A stretch of 64,000 nucleotides of DNA from contig CAWBCJ010000001.1 in assembly GCA_963787255.1 (NCBI GenBank), positions 64,001 to 128,000 of the forward strand. Reading direction: 5' to 3'. The notes beneath the pieces are model-generated. The model did no database searches. It was not told the origin of the DNA and saw nothing but the letters and a program-made list of their open reading frames with translations. This DNA comes from Methanobacteriota archaeon. Its GTDB lineage: Archaea; Methanobacteriota; Methanobacteria; Methanobacteriales; Methanobacteriaceae. Shown one piece after another: positions 44,309 through 53,134 of this stretch. Numbering within the stretch: the stretch's first letter is position 1; each line of letters begins with the position of its first letter. The position numbers and the translations under genes are program-made.

Positions 44309-45112
44309 ATTAAAAACAAAAGTAGTTATGCTAAAGTAAACGGCCTTAATATGTATTATGAGGTCCATGGTAATGGTAAGCCATTAGTCCTGCTTCACGG
44401 CTCTTTTATGACAATTGCTCTCAACTTCGGGAAGATGATACCGGCTTTTGCCAGAGACCGGAAAGTTATCGCTATCGAGCAGCAGGGACACGGACACACT
44501 GAAGACATTGATCGTCCAGTGAGCTATGAGCAAATGGCAGATGACACGGCAGAGCTTCTTCGACAATTGGGGATCGAAAAGGCTGATATCTTGGGATACA
44601 GTCTTGGCGGCACTACTGCCATAGAGCTTGCCATCCGCCATCCGGATCGCGTACGTAAATTGGTGATTATTTCGGCACCGTATAAGAGGGAGGGTTGGTA
44701 TCCGGAATACTATCCAACGATGGAGAGTCTCACTCCCGAGATGCTTATAGGTTCAGGACTTCCGGAAGCATATGCAGACGTAGCTCCAAATCCAGATAAT
44801 TGGGCAAAACTAGTTGAAAAATTCAAAAAACTTGGCGTAGAATTCATCGGTAGAACGCCTGAGGAATTTCAATCGATCAAAGCTCCAACTCTGATTATGA
44901 TTGGGGATTCAGATAGCGTTCCTCCCGAAAAAGCTGTTGAAATGTTTAAATTGCTTGGGGGTGGGGTATTCGGAGATATCGTTGGGCTCCCACGTTCTCA
45001 ACTTGCAGTTATCCCCGGTACTAATCACGTTGGCGTAATGGAACGGGCTGATTGGTGGATTCCAATGATTAAAGAGTTTCTTGATAAGCCTATGGAATCA
45101 GAGGGCTCCTAA
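44309..45112 (+). CDS. Alpha/beta hydrolase
   Basis: LLHG, GHGHT, GYSLGG nucleophile, GDSD, PGTNH; first ATG 44351, homology extends to ATT 44309 after GGAG. Confidence 0.88.
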   Translation: MKNKSSYAKVNGLNMYYEVHGNGKPLVLLHGSFMTIALNFGKMIPAFARDRKVIAIEQQGHGHTEDIDRPVSYEQMADDTAELLRQLGIEKADILGYSLGGTTAIELAIRHPDRVRKLVIISAPYKREGWYPEYYPTMESLTPEMLIGSGLPEAYADVAPNPDNWAKLVEKFKKLGVEFIGRTPEEFQSIKAPTLIMIGDSDSVPPEKAVEMFKLLGGGVFGDIVGLPRSQLAVIPGTNHVGVMERADWWIPMIKEFLDKPMESEGS

Positions 45113-45378
45113 GTAATGCCTGAAACCTGAAATAAATTACAAAATTTAGAATTAATAGAATCTCATGAAAGTGTTTATAGTATTTCAGAACCTATTTTTG
45201 AAAGCTTGGCTTAAAAAAAGAATACGATGAAAAAATTGTTTTTCCAAGGAAATAACCACCCCGAACATGGAAAACAGTTGGTAGAATTTATAAAAAGACT
45301 AAATGAACTCTAGTGGACTTATATTTCATTTACCCAATAGCTAAACGATTTTTTACTTGTTAATATAATATGAAATAA

Positions 45379-46198
45379 ATGAGGAATAAAATTATGATTG
45401 AAAGAAAAGGTAAATACGCCAACGTGAATGGAATGAAAATGTATTATGAAGTTTCCGGCAAGGGCGATCCACTAATCGTATTGCACGGTGCTTACATGAA
45501 CATAATATCAATGGGAGAAATAATCCCCAGGCTCGCTAGGACCCACAAGGTCTATGCGCTCGAATTCCAGGGCCATGGTCGGACCACTGACATTGACCGC
45601 CCCATCACCTATCCGAACCTGGCAGACGATGTAGCTGCTTTTATGGACGCGGTAGGTCTTAAGAAAGCTGATGTATTCGGTTATTCCGTGGGTGCTGAGG
45701 TCGGATTGCAACTCGCCATCCGCTACCCAGAGAAGGTGAGCAGACTTATCGCAGCCTGAGGCGCCTACGATCTTGAAGGTTGGCAGCCGGAGTTCAAGGC
45801 AGCTATCCCGCAAATGACCGTTGAGATGATTGTCAATCTGCCATTCGCTGAAGACTATCGTAAGCTTGCGCCTGATCCAGATGGTTTCCCCGCTCCTTGT
45901 GGAGAAGCTGATAGCTCTCGAGAAGGAGCCGATGGCATGGGAAGACGGATATCAGGGCTTTGAAGACCCCGGTACTGATTATCGCTGGAGATGCAGATGG
46001 GTAACGCTCGAACATTCGATCGCCCTGTTTCGGTTGCTCGGTGGAGGCATTATGGGTGATATGGGAAAACCCTTACCTGATTCACGTCTTGCAATTATGC
46101 CGGCAACATCGCATACGGCTGTCATTACTCAGACCGATCTTTTAATCGCTTTCATTGAACCTTTCCTGAAAGGAGAAACGCCAAAGGGATTTTTTTAA
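45379..46198 (+). pseudogene. Alpha/beta hydrolase pseudogene
   Basis: GYSVG, in-frame TGA at 45757-45759 and further frameshifts ~45895-46000; paralogous to 44351 gene (GGGIMGD..LP.S.LA.MP.T.H). Confidence 0.85.
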
Positions 46199-46418
46199 AA
46201 TAGACTTTGGGGAAGGCAGATATTAATGGATTTCATGGAAGCAACACAAATTAGGTGCTAAATGCAGTAAATAAACATTAAATGTAGAAGAAACCTTTTA
46301 TTCATTTAGACAATTTGAAGCTAAAGGATTAGCAGTTTTAACAAAAGGATCCCAGCTGAAAAAAAATAAGATTCGTTATGAGAACATAGGTTTAATATGA
46401 ATTATTGAATTTCTTCTC

Positions 46419-46459
46419 TATAACGACCATGTGGCTAAAGATAGTCGAGTTTAAAGAAG
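46419..46459 (+). repeat. Dispersed intergenic imperfect palindrome, copy 2
   Basis: TATAACGACCATGTGGCTAAAGATAGTCGAGTTTAAAGAAG. Confidence 0.85.
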
Positions 46460-46577
46460 TGATTAATTCTTCAAAATAGCATGGAAATTTATCTCAAATA
46501 ATATAATAAAAAATATAAATTTATTATTACTAGTTTTAACATAACCAATATTACAATATTTTATGTGAGGTGAAAAC

Positions 46578-46856
46578 ATGATTTATTTAATTGGAGAGCT
46601 AAAAGTCGAAAATTATGATAAATGGAAGCCCATTTTTAATGAAAGAGCAACTGCACGTAAAGAAAGCGGCGAAGAAGAAGCTCATCTCTTCCGTAACTCC
46701 GACGACCCCCATGACGTTGAGATTATATTTAAGTGGGACAATAAGGAAAATGCAAAAAAGTACATGGAATCAAAATCCGTACAAAAAGTTCTAAACAATG
46801 TAGGCGCCAAAATAGAAAGAGTTACTTACCTTGATGAAATAGAAAAAACAATTTAA
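46578..46856 (+). CDS. Small dimeric alpha/beta barrel (ABM/cyclase-like) protein
   Basis: KVENYDKWKPIF...LFRNSDDP..V.IIFKWD...AKKYM; GAGGTG RBS. Confidence 0.7.
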   Translation: MIYLIGELKVENYDKWKPIFNERATARKESGEEEAHLFRNSDDPHDVEIIFKWDNKENAKKYMESKSVQKVLNNVGAKIERVTYLDEIEKTI

Positions 46857-46865
46857 TATAAATTC

Positions 46866-46914
46866 TATGGATGAATATTATTTCTAAAGGAATATAGAAA
46901 CCTATTCATCTATA
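46866..46914. terminator. Long interrupted hairpin between convergent genes
   Basis: GATGAATA..TTTCTA-loop-TAGAAA..TATTCATC. Confidence 0.5.
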
Positions 46915-46943
46915 ATCCTTTATTTTAATTAATTACAGAAAAC

Positions 46944-46987
46944 TATAAACGACCAATACGGCTAAAAAATAGTCGAGTTTAGCGAAG
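46944..46987 (+). repeat. Dispersed intergenic imperfect palindrome, copy 3
   Basis: TATAAACGACCAATACGGCTAAAAAATAGTCGAGTTTAGCGAAG. Confidence 0.85.
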
Positions 46988-47026
46988 CAAATAAACATAA
47001 AAACTAAAGAAAGATTTATATATTTT

Positions 47027-47898
47027 TTAATCTGCTGAAAAAAATCTTCGCAGTTCTTGTGCGATGATTTCCGGCTTGCCATAGTCTTGTGCTGATCCAT
47101 GATCAAGACCTTCTAATTCAATGCGATTAGAGTTGGGCAAGACTTTTTCCAGGGCATCAAGAGTGTCTTTAAATGCATCCCGACTTTTACTTCCCATCAT
47201 TAATAAAACCTCTGCAGATACATCTTTGTAATCTTCAATTGTTCCTTCGGTTTTTCTAACAAGTTCTATTTCAGAGGGCATTGTAGGAATAAGATCTCGA
47301 AGCGGTACATCATCGCCTTTAACGTTCCTGGCATCCAATATTAATGCAATTTTGGAAAATGATGTCAATAAGAAACGCGGCAACCAGTAAATAGATTTAG
47401 GCGACTGTGCACCTTTTATACCAGTTACCATGGCATCAGCCACTTTACCTTCAGCCACTTCCCGGCCAAAACGATGCATGGTAGATTCTAATAGATCCAG
47501 TTCTGGTTGGCCAAGATAAAAGAGCGGCTCATAAGCAGCAACCTTCCAGATAGCCAGATTAGAGATTGCAGCATGCAGTGCAAATAATGCACCGTCCGCT
47601 GTTCCAAAGACATAGTGCGCCCCTGTTTTTTTAAGAGTGCATCCAGGTCTTCATCTTCCCTTTCTATACCGTAGTCCTCGCCAATTGGTCCACTTAAACC
47701 ACGGCCACGGCGATCTGGAATATAAACTGTAAATGCATCTGAAAGTAAGGTACCGAGCTTCATAAGATGTTGTGATGCATTTATACCTCCATGCAGGAGA
47801 ATAACACCTTGACCATTGCCCATTTGCCTGTATCCAATGGTAGTTCCATCTTTTGAAGTTACAGAATCTGTTGTGTATTTTTGTTTTGTATTACTCAT
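47027..47898 (-). pseudogene. Alpha/beta hydrolase-fold protein split by a 1-nt deletion in an A7 run
   Basis: SKDGTTIGYRQ.G.G..VILLHGG, PDRRGRGLS; one extra A at 47626-47632 fuses 47488-47898 with 47027-47479 via KKTGAHYVFGTADG...AYEP. Confidence 0.75.
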
Positions 47899-48759
47899 TC
47901 TAAATCCTCTTTTACCTGTTTAAATCATTTTAACAATCTATTCTGCAGCTCAAAAATTTTTTTTATTTTGAGCGAGGACTTTTTGATCAATCTATTTTTT
48001 TTACTTAAAAATTTATTATAAACTTATTCATCTTGGAAACTATTCTTTTCTTCTTTTTAGGTTTAACTTTTTTCATAAATTTTATTATGATGGGGAGATA
48101 TAGTTATATTGCTGGCATGGTTTTTTTAGGAGAGGATTTTAGAATATTACCTACCGAAAAAATATATAAATTCTTTCCCATTTTTTTTATCCATGCTGGC
48201 ATTAAAATTAATAATTTATAATTCTGGAAAAGCAAATTAAATTTCTATCTTTTTCATCTTTTACTTGAAATCTTAGACACCCCCAAACCACTAATCCTTA
48301 TTGTTTCTCCCTTGCGTCTTGCTCTTAAAAATTCCTTTGAGCTTCTTTAACAGCTTCCATTAAGTGCATATACTTTGTTTCAGGTGAAATTACAAATATT
48401 AAACCTGAAATGAGTCTTATCAATCATAATCCCATAATTTCTTTAAACCCTTTCTTTGATTCCTTCTCCAAGGTGGCAATATACTTCCTTTGGCGTTCTA
48501 GAAGTATTTTAAGTTCCTTAAACCCTTCTAAGCAGTAACAAATTAACTCAAAAACGCCATATATTTAACAAAAACGCAATACTAAATTACAAAATTTGTT
48601 AATACTTCCTATTTTAAGTTTATAATACTTTCCATTTATTACAAAAAGATTTTAACTTGTATTAAGCTCTTATTTAATCAAACATTCAATAGATAATTAT
48701 TTTATATATTAAGAGCCTAAAGATTTGTAATAATATATAAATAGCAGGTGTTGAAATAG

Positions 48760-50043
48760 TTGACAGAATCAGATCCAGTAATGAGTTTTCACCTAATGGC
48801 AAAGCCAAACGGAGCCCTATGTAATTTAAACTGTAAATATTGTTTTTATACTCCTAAAAAGGAATTATATCCAGATATCAAAATGGGAATGTCTGATGAA
48901 GTTTTGGAATCATACACGCGCCAATATATTAATGCAACACATATTCCGGAGATTACATTTTCCTGGCAGGGCGGTGAACCAACTCTCATTGGTATTGAAT
49001 TTTTTAAAAAAGCAGTAAAATATCAGGAAAAGTACAAAAAACCAGGAATGCAAATAAACAATAATATTCAAACCAATGGAATTCTCTTAGATGATGAATG
49101 GTGCCAATTTTTCAGGGAAAATAATTTTTTGGTAGGAATAAGTATTGATGGTCCCAAAGAATTTCATGATGCATATAGAAAGGATAAGGAAGGAAATCCT
49201 TCTTTTGATAAGGTAATGCAAGCTATAAGGCTCATGCAGAATCATGGAGTGGATTTTAATATTTTAGCCACTGTAAATAGGCTAAACGCTGATCATCCCC
49301 TGGAAGTTTACAAATTTTTCAAAGAAGAAATAGGTGCACAATTTATACAATTCATACCCATTGTAGAATTTGATAGTTCAGATGGAAATATTGATGTTTC
49401 AAGTGAATCAGTGCTTCCTGAACAGTATGGTGACTTTTTAATAGCTATTTTTGATGAATGGGTGAAAAATGATGTGGGGAATGTTTATGTACAGATCTTT
49501 GATGCCGCCTTGGCTTCATGGGTTGATTATCCTCCATCTGTGTGTTTATTTGCTCCAACTTGTGGAACTGCAATGATTATAGAACATAATGGTGATTTGT
49601 ATTCTTGTGATCATTTTGTAGATTCTGAGCATTTATTGGGCAATATTATGGAAACTACACTAGAAGAATTGGTATCATCTTCCCAACAGTTACATTTTGG
49701 ATTAGATAAGACAGATAAACTTCCAAAAAAATGCGTTCAATGCGATTATAAATTTGCTTGCTGGGGTGCCTGCCCAAAACATAGATTTTTGAAAGATGAA
49801 ACAGGTGAAGAAGGGTTAAATTATCTTTGTCAGGGTTATAAAAAGTTTTTTAGCCATATCAATTGGCCTATGCAGATTATGGCTTCAATATTTAACCAAG
49901 GAAGAGCTCCAGCTGAGATCATGACTATTCTAGATGGGAAAAACAGTAATTTAAAGGATGCATTTCCTAATATTGGCCGTAATGACCATTGTCCCTGTGG
50001 AAGCGGGCTAAAATTTAAGAAATGTCACGGAAAATCAAGATAG
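48760..50043 (+). CDS. Anaerobic sulfatase maturase (radical SAM/SPASM) with C-terminal SEC-C motif
   Basis: CNLNCKYCFY, WQGGEPT, YSCDHFV, SPASM Cys set, GRNDHCPCGSGLKFKKCHG. Confidence 0.93.
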   Translation: MTESDPVMSFHLMAKPNGALCNLNCKYCFYTPKKELYPDIKMGMSDEVLESYTRQYINATHIPEITFSWQGGEPTLIGIEFFKKAVKYQEKYKKPGMQINNNIQTNGILLDDEWCQFFRENNFLVGISIDGPKEFHDAYRKDKEGNPSFDKVMQAIRLMQNHGVDFNILATVNRLNADHPLEVYKFFKEEIGAQFIQFIPIVEFDSSDGNIDVSSESVLPEQYGDFLIAIFDEWVKNDVGNVYVQIFDAALASWVDYPPSVCLFAPTCGTAMIIEHNGDLYSCDHFVDSEHLLGNIMETTLEELVSSSQQLHFGLDKTDKLPKKCVQCDYKFACWGACPKHRFLKDETGEEGLNYLCQGYKKFFSHINWPMQIMASIFNQGRAPAEIMTILDGKNSNLKDAFPNIGRNDHCPCGSGLKFKKCHGKSR

Positions 50044-50153
50044 TTTCAGAATTTTTTTTTAATTGAAATATTAAATCGCTTATTTAAAAAATATAATTAT
50101 TTATCAAACTTTTAATAAATATATGATAAGTATTATTAAAAGGAGAATGTTGA

Positions 50154-53063
50154 ATGAGCAAGGAAGATAAGAATGATGGAAACAACATCGTTATCATGGC
50201 CGGCTATCAGGCCATCGAACCGGCTGAGAAAGACTTCGATCAGCTTACACAACTAGCAAAGGACAAAAAAATTAAGACTGAAGGTATGATCCTTGTCCAG
50301 AATGACATGGAAGGTAAAGTGAGTGTCACAGAGACTGGGGACCATCTCGGTCGTAAAGGAATGGGCTGGGGTGGTGGTGTCGGACTTTTAGTAGGTTTAG
50401 CCGCGCCACCACTTTTAGGCGCGGTTGCAGTGGGCGCTGCAGCCGGTGGCCTTATTGGCAAATTCACCAGGAAAAAGATGAAAAGTGGGATTGAGGAAGG
50501 ACTTGGTGATAAGCTCAAGCCAGGAACAGCAGCTATCATCACCATAATCGAGGAAAAGGATAAATTAGCAGCTGAACAGGCACTTTCAGGCTCACCTGCA
50601 AAATCTGTTGCCCCGATAAAGGGTCTTAAGGGGCTTAAAGAAGCCCTGGCAGAGGCAGGAGGTAAATTCAACCCTGACCGTACTATATTACCAATTCCTG
50701 ACCGTAGTTTTGGTGGGACAATGGGTCGTACCATAGATAAATCAGTTCCTGACTGGACCATCATCCCTCATGTCCAGCCTCCCGAGGATGCCCCTAATGT
50801 CCTAGTTATTCTCATTGATGATGCGGGTTTTGGAAATCCAGATACATTTGGTGGGCCAATTAGGACTCCCAGCCTCAACCGGGTGCAAGAAATGGGTGTT
50901 ACATACAATAGATTCCATGTGACAGCAGTATGCTCCCCAACACGTGCTGCATTGCTCACTGGTCGCAATCAGCACAGGGTAGGATTTGGCATGGTAGCCG
51001 AGTTTCCTGGTCCTTTCCCTGGCTACTCAACAGCCAGACCAAGAAGCTGCACACCATTCCCCCGTATCTTACAGGAGAACGGTTACGTTACAAGCGGATT
51101 CGGAAAATGGCACCTCACACCAGATAATGTCCAAGGTGCAGCAGGATCTTTCGATCACTGGCCACTATCATGGGGATTCGACCACTATTGGGGTTTCTTG
51201 AGTGGTGCAGCCGGCCAGTATGATCCCATCATCACGCAAGACAACTACACATTAGGCGTACCGGAATGTGAGGACAAACAGTACTACTTCCCAGATGACT
51301 TGTCTGATAAAGCTATAGAATGGTTACACGCAGTACGTGCCCAAGATGCGAGCAAACCATGGATGATGTACTACTCCACTGGATGTGCACATGCACCACA
51401 TCATGTAGCGAAAGAATGGGCAGATAAATATAAAGGTAAGTTCGATGAAGGCTGGGATAAACACCGTGAAGAAGTTTTTGAGCGGCAAAAAAAGATGGGT
51501 ATCATACCCCCAGACACAGAACTGACCGAGCGACCTGATCTATTCCCTGCATGGGACTCTCTAAGCGATGCAGAGAAGGAACTCTTCGCAAGGCAAATGG
51601 AAGTTTATGCAGGATTTTCAGAGAATGCTGACTGGAATGTAGGCAGACTTCTAGATGCTATTGAAGAAATGGGCGACCTTGACAACACTCTCATTTTCTA
51701 CATTTGGGGTGACAACGGTGCCAGTATGGAGGGTACACTTACTGGTTCTTTCAACGAGATGACTTTCCTTAATGGTATTCCCCTCGATGCCGAACAGCAA
51801 TTAAAACTCATCGACAAATACGGAGGGATCGAAGCCCTCGGCGGTATTAATTCTGCACCCCATTATGCAGCAGCATGGGCCCATGCCGGAAACACTCCAT
51901 TCCAGTGGGGTAAACAGATGGCTAGCCACCTGGGAGGAACACGAAACCCCATGGTCGTGGCATGGCCTGATAAAATCAAACCAAGTAGTAATATTCGATC
52001 TCAGTTCACCCATTGCAATGATATTGGCCCCACTATTCTCGAAGCAGTAGGAATACCTGAACCCAAGATGGTTGACGGCATCGAACAGGAACCTATGGAC
52101 GGCACCAGCTTTTTGTATACCTTCGACGATAGCAGTGCGGATGAACGTCATAACGTACAGTACTTCGAGGCTATAGGCAGCCGGGCCATTTATAAAGATG
52201 GCTGGTGGGCATGTACTCGACTGGATAAAGCTCCATGGGATTTATCTCCCGAAACACTTCGAAAATTCGCTCCAGGGGTTTATGACCCAGAAAAGGATGT
52301 TTGGGAATTATACAATCTTCATGATGACTTTTCACAGGCGAATGATCTGGCATCCAAGTATCCCGATAAGCTCAAGGAGCTACAAGACCTTTGGTGGGAA
52401 GAAGCTGAAAGAAACAAAGTATTACCGCTTTTAGGGGGCTTATCTGTCTTTTTCGATATTTTACCGCCCATGCCTACTATCACCCGATTCAACTTCGCTG
52501 GCGATGTCCAGAATGTGCAACGCGGTATGATCCCGCGAATCCAGGGACGTTCGTACGCTATCGAAGCCGAACTTCAAGTACCTGATGAAGGTGCAGAAGG
52601 TGTGATTCTAGCTAATGCAGACTTCATCGGTGGTTTTGGACTATGGGTAAACGACAAGGGTATTTTAAACCACACATATTCATTCCTTGGTGTGGAAACA
52701 TATAGACAGGAATCCACCGAGAAAATCCCAACAGGTGATGTTAATATAAAAATGTTGTTCGAGGCTGACAAGCCCCAACCCGGTACCGGAGGGCATGTAA
52801 CCTTGTTTGCTAATGGTAAGAAGATTGGTGAGGGCAAGATTCCAAGGACCGTGCCTATAATGTTTACAAGCTATGGGGGCATGGATGTGGGCCGTGACAA
52901 CGGTCTGGTCGTTGACAGGGATTATGAGGATAAGGCACCTTATGCTTTTACAGGTACAGTCAAGAAAGTGGTTTTCGACCTCAAACCCAACACATACGAG
53001 GATGAAAAAGAACTGCATAAGATAGAATCACAGGCAAATATTGGCCACGGAGCCGCCGGTTGA
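50154..53063 (+). CDS. Cys-type arylsulfatase with N-terminal DUF1269-like domain
   Basis: PNVLVILIDDAG, CSPTRAALLTGR (formylglycine motif), GKWHL, HAPH, GDNG; Gly-zipper N-terminal domain. Confidence 0.93.
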   Translation: MSKEDKNDGNNIVIMAGYQAIEPAEKDFDQLTQLAKDKKIKTEGMILVQNDMEGKVSVTETGDHLGRKGMGWGGGVGLLVGLAAPPLLGAVAVGAAAGGLIGKFTRKKMKSGIEEGLGDKLKPGTAAIITIIEEKDKLAAEQALSGSPAKSVAPIKGLKGLKEALAEAGGKFNPDRTILPIPDRSFGGTMGRTIDKSVPDWTIIPHVQPPEDAPNVLVILIDDAGFGNPDTFGGPIRTPSLNRVQEMGVTYNRFHVTAVCSPTRAALLTGRNQHRVGFGMVAEFPGPFPGYSTARPRSCTPFPRILQENGYVTSGFGKWHLTPDNVQGAAGSFDHWPLSWGFDHYWGFLSGAAGQYDPIITQDNYTLGVPECEDKQYYFPDDLSDKAIEWLHAVRAQDASKPWMMYYSTGCAHAPHHVAKEWADKYKGKFDEGWDKHREEVFERQKKMGIIPPDTELTERPDLFPAWDSLSDAEKELFARQMEVYAGFSENADWNVGRLLDAIEEMGDLDNTLIFYIWGDNGASMEGTLTGSFNEMTFLNGIPLDAEQQLKLIDKYGGIEALGGINSAPHYAAAWAHAGNTPFQWGKQMASHLGGTRNPMVVAWPDKIKPSSNIRSQFTHCNDIGPTILEAVGIPEPKMVDGIEQEPMDGTSFLYTFDDSSADERHNVQYFEAIGSRAIYKDGWWACTRLDKAPWDLSPETLRKFAPGVYDPEKDVWELYNLHDDFSQANDLASKYPDKLKELQDLWWEEAERNKVLPLLGGLSVFFDILPPMPTITRFNFAGDVQNVQRGMIPRIQGRSYAIEAELQVPDEGAEGVILANADFIGGFGLWVNDKGILNHTYSFLGVETYRQESTEKIPTGDVNIKMLFEADKPQPGTGGHVTLFANGKKIGEGKIPRTVPIMFTSYGGMDVGRDNGLVVDRDYEDKAPYAFTGTVKKVVFDLKPNTYEDEKELHKIESQANIGHGAAG

Positions 53064-53134
53064 ATTAAGGTTATTCAAGTGATCCCGATTAATGGGTTTG
53101 CATCCCATACCATACATTGATGAGGATAGTCTCA

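Noticed and set aside
45757-45759. In-frame TGA as selenocysteine
   Set aside because: The position is not a catalytic Cys, it looks like TCA>TGA, and the gene has further frameshifts.
48033-48221. 62-aa hydrophobic ORF
   Set aside because: TTG start without RBS; the Phe-rich translation is explained by T-rich DNA.
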